Below the pieces are notes generated by a model that saw nothing but the letters and a program-made list of their open reading frames with translations, searched no databases and was not told the DNA's origin. Source: an uncultured virus (IMG/VR IMGVR_UViG_3300025141_013938) (lineage: Duplodnaviria > Heunggongvirae > Uroviricota > Caudoviricetes). Taken from it: a DNA stretch of 64,000 nt. The position numbers were made by a program, and so were the translations under genes. Shown one piece after another: positions 51,436-59,140 of the stretch (position 1 is the stretch's first letter; each line of letters opens with the position of its first letter). Location: the IMG/VR virus record IMGVR_UViG_3300025141_013938; one strand, written 5' to 3'.

Positions 51436-51457
51436 TGTAACTCACAGTCTGTATTAT
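51436..51457 (+). promoter_or_regulatory. Candidate promoter TGTAA-N11-TATTAT
   Basis: Same architecture as 29495-29516; GTG start 6 nt after the -10. Confidence 0.45.
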
Positions 51458-51463
51458 TAACAC

Positions 51464-52672
51464 GTGAAAGTCACGATACTGAACAGCACACTAGGAACAC
51501 CGAGGCACCTCGTGCATGACGGAACAGAATTCTCATGGGCGTCGAGCATTCCGAGTGACTCGTGGGTCTATCCTGGAGTCTCCGGTCACAGAGACCTGCT
51601 ACCTATAGCAGAGGCTCTCGGAGAGAAGATATCAGGATTTGAAGACACACCGCACGCAGTGGCCTGGGAGTCAATGACAAGGGGAAGGGATGTCAGGATA
51701 CCATGGATGCATGCCATCCCGCCCGATCAGTTTCAGAGATACCTCTCAGGCATCCTAGATCAGCTCTGGATGATCATCAGGACAGAGAATGACAGTTACT
51801 ATATGAATGAATTCGTGATCAACAGAGGGATGCTAGAGAGCCTCTGTCCGCCCATTGTCGATAAGCTTCTGATAGAGAATTTTTTGATAGACGCGACAGA
51901 TAAGTCCAGAGCAGACCTTCTAAAGTTTTTACCTGATGAAAGTGGACGTGCACCTCACTCGTCTTATACCCAGAGCAACACTGTCACGGGCCGCCTGACA
52001 GCCACGAGCGGACCTAATATCCTCACCCTGAAGAGGAAGTATAGAGGCATGATGAGATCTGAGTTCAAGAACGGATCTATCGTTCAGGCTGACATAGTGT
52101 CTCTTGAGCCCAGGATAGCTCTGTGCGTCGCACAAAAGACTCCACCTGAAGACATATATGACACTATCATGAATGACGTGCTCGGGGGAGAGGTCTCACG
52201 GTCGCAGGCTAAGATAGCAACACTCGGGTGCATATATGGAATGAGCCCATGGACGCTATCTAAGAAGCTCCCTGAGAGTCTAGATGCCAGAGATATATTA
52301 ATGAGAATTAGAGACTACTTCGACATACCACATCTAGAGAGGGGTCTAAAGAGAGAGTTCAGGGAAAAGGGCTTCATTGAAAATATCTATGGAAGAAGAG
52401 TTCCTGCCGGAGATGCACTAGTGAATCACTTTTTACAGTCCACAGGAGCAGATGCATCTCTCCTAGCATTTAGTATGCTTAAGAGCAAGTTAGATGACCT
52501 CAACGCGAGATTTAAACCTCTCTACATCATCCATGATGCGATCTTATTAGATCTAGATGCGTCAGCCCTAGCGTCTCTCAGAGAGATAACATCATCTGGT
52601 CTAGAGGTGCCAAAATTTAAACAAAGATTTCCTATAAAGATAGAATTTATAGGCGGAGATAAACATGAATGA
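51464..52672 (+). CDS. Short family A DNA polymerase (polymerase domain only)
   Basis: TVTGRL, PNIL, motif A ADIVSLEPRI, motif B RSQAKIATLGCIYG, NHFLQSTGAD, motif C IIHDAI. Confidence 0.85.
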   Translation: MKVTILNSTLGTPRHLVHDGTEFSWASSIPSDSWVYPGVSGHRDLLPIAEALGEKISGFEDTPHAVAWESMTRGRDVRIPWMHAIPPDQFQRYLSGILDQLWMIIRTENDSYYMNEFVINRGMLESLCPPIVDKLLIENFLIDATDKSRADLLKFLPDESGRAPHSSYTQSNTVTGRLTATSGPNILTLKRKYRGMMRSEFKNGSIVQADIVSLEPRIALCVAQKTPPEDIYDTIMNDVLGGEVSRSQAKIATLGCIYGMSPWTLSKKLPESLDARDILMRIRDYFDIPHLERGLKREFREKGFIENIYGRRVPAGDALVNHFLQSTGADASLLAFSMLKSKLDDLNARFKPLYIIHDAILLDLDASALASLREITSSGLEVPKFKQRFPIKIEFIGGDKHE

Positions 52673-53252
52673 TCTTGAAAAGATCCAGTCAAACTGGGAA
52701 ACATTTGAAAAGCTTTGTCAGAGGCTATCTGACGACAATCTTAATTCACTGCTAGAGTCACTAGGCGAGAGGATTATAATGACACCGGCCTCTACTAGAA
52801 GAGATCAGTATGGTTGCTTCCCAGGTGGGCTAATCCAGCACTCTCTAGATGTTACGATGACCATGCGAAAACTAAATGATACCCTTGACATGGGAGTAAC
52901 AACTGGCTCTATCTTAAAGGTGGGACTACTGCATGACTTAGGAAAGGTCGGAGGCCTAGATGCACCCCTATTTCTTGAACAGGACTCAGAGTGGCATAGA
53001 GATAAGCTAGGACAGCTATATAAGTTTAATGAGGACCTTTCTAGAGTGTCTGTCTCACATAATACACTATTCTTGCTACAGCACTTTGGGGTGCGTCTCA
53101 CACGAGAGGAGTGGCTATCTATTCAGCTAGCACCTGGATCTCACTTTGAGGAAAATAGATTCTATGTCGGACATGAGCCGTCACTAGCAATTCTAACACA
53201 GCAGGCGAAGTCTATCGTTGTCCACAGGGAAAAATTAGAAAACAAACATTGA
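52665..53252 (+). CDS. HD-domain phosphohydrolase (YhaM-like)
   Basis: PAS...GGLIQHSLDV...LLHDLGK; 8-nt overlap with the polymerase gene. Confidence 0.75.
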   Translation: MNDLEKIQSNWETFEKLCQRLSDDNLNSLLESLGERIIMTPASTRRDQYGCFPGGLIQHSLDVTMTMRKLNDTLDMGVTTGSILKVGLLHDLGKVGGLDAPLFLEQDSEWHRDKLGQLYKFNEDLSRVSVSHNTLFLLQHFGVRLTREEWLSIQLAPGSHFEENRFYVGHEPSLAILTQQAKSIVVHREKLENKH

Positions 53253-53302
53253 TCTGACCTTCTTGGTTTTTAATCCTCTGATATAATAATTAATATTAGA
53301 GT

Positions 53303-54928
53303 ATGAGCAAAAGATTTAAACCAAGTCCAGTTAAGCCAGAAATGGGTGTGTGGTCCGGAAGAGGGATCGGCATTCCTGTTGTGGGAGCGATAGGCGGCGG
53401 AGATGACTATAAGCAGAAGATAGGTCGTGACAAGATACGGTGGGACCAGACAGGCTTCAAGGGTTCTCCTTCTCTGTCTGCTGACGCTACATACTCTGTA
53501 TACCTTGCAAGGGTCAATAAGGACTGGGATGAGGAATATGAGGCTGTAATGTTTCCCAGTCAAGAAGAGGACGATGTGAATATTTATGATATGGATGTCT
53601 CTGCCATAAGAAGCAGAAAGACTCCAAGGGATTTTAAAGTGAAGCATCCAAGAGCTCTCGGAATATCAGAACGTCACGTCTTTGACGAGAATGATGTCGT
53701 CGAGAATAGCCGATATCGTCTCACCCAGGTCACTGAGGGAATATTTACACAGATATTTGGAGATATAGCAGGAGACATAGGCGCAGCTGCTTTAGCAGCT
53801 GTACCACTCTTTGGAGTACCTGCTGCCGCTGGTCTCGCTGGCTGGAATATAAAACAGCTGAAAGATGACATGGATAATTCTGATGTCGCGATCACCGCAT
53901 TCTTAAAATCACCAAGTGATGACACAGTTGAGATGATGAATGATGAGCTAGATAGCATTACAGTTAACCTGATCGACCTCTTTCAGAGACTTCTCGAGTT
54001 AGTTCCAGATGCAGAGTGGCCGATCGGAGAGGCTGCCAGTGTGATGACATCAATAGTTAATAATCTTGTTAAGCTTAAAAGGGCTCTTCAGGTCACAGGA
54101 TTAGCCACACCAAAATTTACTCACATGCCGATCGGGGGCATAGGTCCGACAGGACCAGCCACATCGCTGGCAACAAAAACAGCTGCAAAGGCAAAAGTCG
54201 CTGGAATCATCACACCAATACTCAAGTTCTTCATGGGAATTCTCGACTCTGGAGCTGCACCAAGGGTATTTAGAGATAATAAAGGTGTGATACTTGGAGT
54301 TCCGCGCAGGATGATACTTCTAGCTGACCTCATAGATGACTATCACATTCAGGAAGACGCAGCAGCAGCAGTTGGACAGGAATTTGTTTATCAAAATAGA
54401 ATAATCCCTGAGGGGGGCTATAATTCTTATGACTATGTGAGATCTCCGATAAGATCAGGTCAGCAAGCTCCTCAACAACAAGCTTTTCGAGTTGAGGATC
54501 TAACTTTTTCAGATCCAGCTGCAGCAGTAGCTCACATTCAACGACAGCAACAACAAGGACAACAACTATCTTTAGAGGAAAGAACTATGAGAAAAGATAT
54601 GAAGAATCTAAGAAAATTCATAAGAGAGACAGTTAAGACAGCGCTAAGAGAGACATCTTATCCAGACTATCCCTCTATGCACCCTCCTAATCCCACAGGA
54701 TATCAGTTCAGAAATGTTCCTGTTATCGAACCAGAGTCTCAGCAGGTCGATAAATTTGAAACACTTGATAGCTATGATGACTTCTCTGTCTCATACACAG
54801 CTGATGGAGGAGTTGTCAACTACCAGGCGAGGAATAAGCTTAAGCTCGATGAGGAGAGACATCTCGCTCTGAGAAGGTTAATTCGACAAGATATCGCTGG
54901 GATTGTCAAAGAGTCAAAAAAAAAGTAG
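53303..54928 (+). CDS. Putative head-packaged/internal virion protein
   Basis: LRKFIRE and LRRLIRQ motifs, an Ala/Gly-rich hydrophobic segment and a Gln tract; ends at an A9 run. Confidence 0.55.
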   Translation: MSKRFKPSPVKPEMGVWSGRGIGIPVVGAIGGGDDYKQKIGRDKIRWDQTGFKGSPSLSADATYSVYLARVNKDWDEEYEAVMFPSQEEDDVNIYDMDVSAIRSRKTPRDFKVKHPRALGISERHVFDENDVVENSRYRLTQVTEGIFTQIFGDIAGDIGAAALAAVPLFGVPAAAGLAGWNIKQLKDDMDNSDVAITAFLKSPSDDTVEMMNDELDSITVNLIDLFQRLLELVPDAEWPIGEAASVMTSIVNNLVKLKRALQVTGLATPKFTHMPIGGIGPTGPATSLATKTAAKAKVAGIITPILKFFMGILDSGAAPRVFRDNKGVILGVPRRMILLADLIDDYHIQEDAAAAVGQEFVYQNRIIPEGGYNSYDYVRSPIRSGQQAPQQQAFRVEDLTFSDPAAAVAHIQRQQQQGQQLSLEERTMRKDMKNLRKFIRETVKTALRETSYPDYPSMHPPNPTGYQFRNVPVIEPESQQVDKFETLDSYDDFSVSYTADGGVVNYQARNKLKLDEERHLALRRLIRQDIAGIVKESKKK

Positions 54929-55998
54929 TAGCTGTTGGAGACAGTAATACTGTCGGAGTCGGCAACAACAATACGTCGTATATAAACCTTCTTGGTGACG
55001 ACATCGACGTCGGAAAGTTCGCCACAGGCGGTAAGGCCAGCTTTCAGCTAGGGGGAAAGCTGGCACAGGCCTTGCGAGGTAATCCAGACTATGTTGTAAT
55101 TTTTGTGGGAATTAATAATCCTATGTCTGAAAGAGGTTGCTTTGGCAAATTCCCACGAAAAGGCACTGGGTTCACAGAAGAGTCTTGGGTGGGTGATGTA
55201 ATTAATGACCTGAGGTCATATTATGCTAAAGTAAAAAACAGGGGACCACAGCTCGACCCGCCAAAGGAGATAAGGGTCATAGGAATTACTTTAGTTCCTG
55301 CTGTAGGGCGCTGGAGTAAAAAATATGATAAATGTCTAAAGAATGATCCATATGGGATAAAGTCAAGCAAGGGTGATGTCATAGATCTCGAAGATAAGGG
55401 TCAAAAGGATTGTTATCGATTACGATGTGATGCTTTAGAGGAGCGCGAGCCGGGAGTATTTACAGTCAAGCGTCCAGGTGAGGGACTCGAAAGACGTAAT
55501 CCGAGTATTCTTCTCGCGCAAACTAAAAGGGTTAACGATTGGATACGATCAAATGCTGACATAGTCATCGACGCTGCGTCAGCATTAAGTGATGAGAGTG
55601 GTATCTTACCAGCTTATGATAGTGGTGACGGCATTCACCTAAACAATGCTGCACACCAGTGGATCGCTAGAGAGATTAGTAGAATAGTTGGACCTACTGT
55701 GGCAATAGATGATGCTGTAGAAGACAATGATGATCCTGACGATATCGTGAGAGAGTCAAAAGAGGGCGCTGATCATCCTGGTAAGTCATGTGAGGAGTCT
55801 CATCCTGAGGTGTCACATGATGACTGGGTTGAAGACCAGGCTAATGAGGTCTCTGGTGCGGGAGGAATTGCTGGAGTTATCCTTCCACTTGGAATGTCTG
55901 CACCGTCACATGGAAGAAAGAGAAAGCCAGCTTGGCAGGCTGCAGGATCTGGATTCGCTCGGGCGACACCGGTCGGCGACATAAAGTGGAATAAATAA
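54919..55998 (+). CDS. SGNH/GDSL hydrolase domain in the -1 frame, without its own start codon
   Basis: KKVVAVGDSNT (block I), ATGG (II), FVGIN (III) and DGIHLN (V) in one frame. The ORF-track start at 55072 omits the catalytic Ser. Confidence 0.82.
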   Translation, partial: KKVVAVGDSNTVGVGNNNTSYINLLGDDIDVGKFATGGKASFQLGGKLAQALRGNPDYVVIFVGINNPMSERGCFGKFPRKGTGFTEESWVGDVINDLRSYYAKVKNRGPQLDPPKEIRVIGITLVPAVGRWSKKYDKCLKNDPYGIKSSKGDVIDLEDKGQKDCYRLRCDALEEREPGVFTVKRPGEGLERRNPSILLAQTKRVNDWIRSNADIVIDAASALSDESGILPAYDSGDGIHLNNAAHQWIAREISRIVGPTVAIDDAVEDNDDPDDIVRESKEGADHPGKSCEESHPEVSHDDWVEDQANEVSGAGGIAGVILPLGMSAPSHGRKRKPAWQAAGSGFARATPVGDIKWNK

Positions 55999-56006
55999 TT
56001 AAAAGA

Positions 56007-56035
56007 TGAACATTGATAGCGTCATGCTATATCAT
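56007..56035 (+). promoter_or_regulatory. Candidate sigma70-like promoter TGAACA-17-TATCAT upstream of SSB
   Basis: Same -35 and spacing as 56930-56958. Confidence 0.55.
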
Positions 56036-56095
56036 ATACATGTAAGCTAAATTACATATTGCACATTAAACATTTAATATTTAGGAGATTTAAAA

Positions 56096-56869
56096 ATGGC
56101 AATTGACTTTGATGCAATTCGAGCAAAGCTCGATAGGTTGAGCGGAACATCTAAAAATCGCTCTGTTATGTGGCGGCCCACTGAAGGTGAGGAGCACACA
56201 GTTCGACTTCTCTCTTTCCCAGAAAATGACGGACTTCCCTTTAAGGAGCTGTGGTTTTATTATAACATCGGTGAGCAGCGCGGGCTTCTAGCTCCAAATC
56301 AGTTCGGAGATCCTGATCCCATTCAAGAGCTGATCAACTCCCTGAGAGATGAGGGCTCTAAGGAGTCTTATGAGCTCTGCAAGAAGCTCTATCCGAAGAT
56401 GCGGACATATGCTCCCGTCATCGTCAGGGGTGAGGAAGAGAAGGGAGTTCAGATCTGGGGATTTGGAAAGACTGTCTATCAGGCCCTGATGGGACTTATG
56501 CTAGACGAGGACTACGGCGACATCACTGACCCACTAGAGGGAAGAGATATCAAGGTTCTCTGCACTAAGCAGCCTGGTAAGAAGTGGGCGATGACTGAGG
56601 TCAGGCCACGAGGAAAGCAGTCACCTCTATCATCTAGCACAGATAATGCAAGCGAGTGGCAGAATAATATTCCAGATGTCTCAGAGATCTATCGCTGTAA
56701 GACATATGATGAACTATCTAAGATAGTTAATGACTGGATCAATGATGATGCATCGGGTGATGAGGAAACTGTAACTGAAACTTCAACAGAAGGAGAAACA
56801 AAGGGCTCAACCTCTTCTGGATATAGTAATATTGATGATGCATTTGCAGACCTTATGACTGATGATTAA
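56096..56869 (+). CDS. Single-stranded DNA-binding protein (T4 gp32-like)
   Basis: WRP, VRLL, V.IWGFGKTVY, DITDPLEGRDI, KTYDEL and acidic tail DDAFADLMTDD. Confidence 0.87.
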   Translation: MAIDFDAIRAKLDRLSGTSKNRSVMWRPTEGEEHTVRLLSFPENDGLPFKELWFYYNIGEQRGLLAPNQFGDPDPIQELINSLRDEGSKESYELCKKLYPKMRTYAPVIVRGEEEKGVQIWGFGKTVYQALMGLMLDEDYGDITDPLEGRDIKVLCTKQPGKKWAMTEVRPRGKQSPLSSSTDNASEWQNNIPDVSEIYRCKTYDELSKIVNDWINDDASGDEETVTETSTEGETKGSTSSGYSNIDDAFADLMTDD

Positions 56870-56888
56870 TATCGACGTATCTTAATAC

Positions 56889-56924
56889 GAACCTGTCAGG
56901 ATCTCAGATCCTGACAGGTTCTTT
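56889..56924. terminator. Perfect 16-bp inverted repeat (terminator/hairpin) between SSB and RecA
   Basis: GAACCTGTCAGGATCT-c-AGATCCTGACAGGTTC then TTT. Confidence 0.7.
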
Positions 56925-56929
56925 CATAT

Positions 56930-56958
56930 TGAACAAATAGAGTCTTTCAAGATATTAT
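56930..56958 (+). promoter_or_regulatory. Candidate sigma70-like promoter TGAACA-17-TATTAT upstream of RecA
   Basis: Direct reading; repeated architecture. Confidence 0.55.
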
Positions 56959-56984
56959 TTTAATGATATCAAGAGAAAATACAG

Positions 56985-58181
56985 ATGGCAAAAAATAATA
57001 GACCCAAGAAGGGAGAAAAGGTAGAAGACTTTACTTCTGACCTAATAGCTTCTTTAAATAAAGAACATGGCTCTCGTGTGGCATATAATCTTAGCCAAGA
57101 TGAGTCACCCACACATGTCAGTCAGTGGATAAGTACTGGCTCTCACTTGCTTGACTACATTTGTTCAAATAGAAGAAATGGCGGTCTTCCAGAGGGAAGA
57201 ATCATAGAGATTTTTGGTCCTCCTAGCATAGGAAAGTCTCACATCGCAACACAGATAGCTAGAACAACACAGATGATGGGCGGAATTGTCGTTTATATTG
57301 ACACAGAAAATGCCACGTCAGTTGAAAATTTAGGCCTGCTTGGTGTAGACGTTTCTAAGAGATTCGTGTACGTTGATACACATTGTACAGAAGAGGTTCT
57401 TTCAATTGCAGAGGCAACTATTTTAAAGGCACGTGCAATGGAAAAAGACGTTCCTGTCACAATTGTCTGGGATTCTGTTGCAGCATCATCTCCTAAGGCC
57501 GAGCTAATAGGTGACTATGATAAAGAATCAATAGGCCTTCAAGCTCGAGCGATTTCAAAGGGGATGAGAAAGATCACGGGTGTCATTGCTAATCAAAATG
57601 TTCTATTTGTAATTCTTAATCAGATAAGAACTAAGATTGGTGTTATGTATGGTGATCCTGATATCACCCCAGGAGGCAAGGCAATTCCATTCCATGCTTC
57701 AACAAGAATTAAGCTTGGTGCGGGTCAGCAAATAAAAGATGGTGACGACGTGATCGGAATACACGTGTCAGCTAAGACAATTAAAAATAAGGTTGCACCT
57801 CCATTTAGAAAGATTAATTTTGAAATTCACTTTGGTGTGGGAATCAAGGAGCATGAGCAAATATTTGATGTGCTAAGAAAGCACGGTCCAGAAATAATAA
57901 ATGACAACGAGATCTCTATTTCTGGTACGGGAGCATGGAAGTGTATCACTATCACTGACACAAAAACAGGTGAAATTATCTCTGAAAAGAAGTTTCATAA
58001 ACCAAAATTTGATGAGATAATGTCAGATCCTCAGTATACGAAATATATTGATGATCTCTTAGAGATTGTAATGATTAAAAAATTTAATCCAGAAAACATT
58101 GATGTAGACACAGATTCTTACATTGAGGTAGAGTCTCTTGTTAATAGTATCAGTGAGGATTTCATTGATCCTGAGGCTTAG
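56985..58181 (+). CDS. recA: RecA/UvsX-family recombinase
   Basis: ISTGS..LD, GGLPEGRIIEIFGPPSIGKS, YIDTE, IVWDSVA, NQIRTKIGVMYGDP.ITPGGKAIPF, KNKVAPPF. Confidence 0.95.
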   Translation: MAKNNRPKKGEKVEDFTSDLIASLNKEHGSRVAYNLSQDESPTHVSQWISTGSHLLDYICSNRRNGGLPEGRIIEIFGPPSIGKSHIATQIARTTQMMGGIVVYIDTENATSVENLGLLGVDVSKRFVYVDTHCTEEVLSIAEATILKARAMEKDVPVTIVWDSVAASSPKAELIGDYDKESIGLQARAISKGMRKITGVIANQNVLFVILNQIRTKIGVMYGDPDITPGGKAIPFHASTRIKLGAGQQIKDGDDVIGIHVSAKTIKNKVAPPFRKINFEIHFGVGIKEHEQIFDVLRKHGPEIINDNEISISGTGAWKCITITDTKTGEIISEKKFHKPKFDEIMSDPQYTKYIDDLLEIVMIKKFNPENIDVDTDSYIEVESLVNSISEDFIDPEA

Positions 58182-59140
58182 TGGAAAATACAGACAAGGT
58201 AGTGCTAATAGTTGACGCACTTAATCTATTTACGCGTCACTATGTTGCTCATCCTGCTTTAAATAGCAATGGTGGTCATGTAGGTGGCATAGTTGGATTT
58301 TTATATTCTGTTATATCACTTGTTGAAAGATATAAGCCCAGCGAAGTTGCTATTATCTGGGAAGGCGGCGGGTCCACTAGAAGGAGAGCAATATACAGTG
58401 AGTATAAGTCTAAAAGAAGGCCACAGAAACTAAACAGGTACTATGAGAAAGACATTCCAGATACTGTTGAAAATAGAAACTATCAAATTGCAACACTAGT
58501 ACATCTTTTAGGATTCTTGCCAGCGATGCAGGTATATGTTCCTGATTGTGAGGCTGATGACGTGATAGGCTACATGTCAAAGTATGCATTCAAAGATAAA
58601 AGAAAGGTAATAGTATCTTCTGATAGAGATTTCTATCAGCTTCTCGATAATAAGACAATTATTTATTCGCCAACATGGAAAAAATTAGTGACATTTAAAG
58701 AAGTGAAAGAAAAGTTTGGAATATCTCCTGAAAATTTTTGTCTAGCAAAGGCCATATGTGGAGATCCTTCAGATAATATATCAGGAGTAAAGGGTGTCGG
58801 ATTTAAAACATTGTCTAAAAGATTTCCAGAATTAAGAGAGTCAACATCTGTAGAGATATCAGATATCATAGATGTCTGTAACATGAATATCTCTGAGGGG
58901 ACAAAAATAAAAGCGTACCAAGAGATAGTATCGTCAGAAGATCTTATACGAAGAAACTGGAAGCTAATATATCTTGATACCGTTAATCTTTCAGCATCAC
59001 AAATACAGAAAATTAATTATTTGATTGATACTTTTGCTGTTTCTAGAAATAAAATTCATATGATGAGAGCCTTAATAAAAGAGGGAATTCAATCCTTTAA
59101 CATTGATAGAGCATTTTTATCATTTAATCACATAAGGTAG
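58181..59140 (+). CDS. 5'-3' exonuclease/flap endonuclease (PolI N-terminal/T4 RNase H family)
   Basis: LIVDALN, YKSKR, EADDVI, SSDRDFYQL, GDPSDNISGVKGVG (H3TH). Confidence 0.92.
   Translation: MENTDKVVLIVDALNLFTRHYVAHPALNSNGGHVGGIVGFLYSVISLVERYKPSEVAIIWEGGGSTRRRAIYSEYKSKRRPQKLNRYYEKDIPDTVENRNYQIATLVHLLGFLPAMQVYVPDCEADDVIGYMSKYAFKDKRKVIVSSDRDFYQLLDNKTIIYSPTWKKLVTFKEVKEKFGISPENFCLAKAICGDPSDNISGVKGVGFKTLSKRFPELRESTSVEISDIIDVCNMNISEGTKIKAYQEIVSSEDLIRRNWKLIYLDTVNLSASQIQKINYLIDTFAVSRNKIHMMRALIKEGIQSFNIDRAFLSFNHIR

Noticed and set aside
51464..53252. Z-genome (DpoZ/DatZ/PurZ) system
   Set aside because: PolA plus HD is suggestive, but there is no PurZ or MazZ in the window, the HD protein looks YhaM-like, and the polymerase lacks an exonuclease domain.
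55072..55074. TTG start for a stand-alone 308-aa protein
   Set aside because: It would omit the catalytic GDS block encoded in frame about 135 nt upstream.
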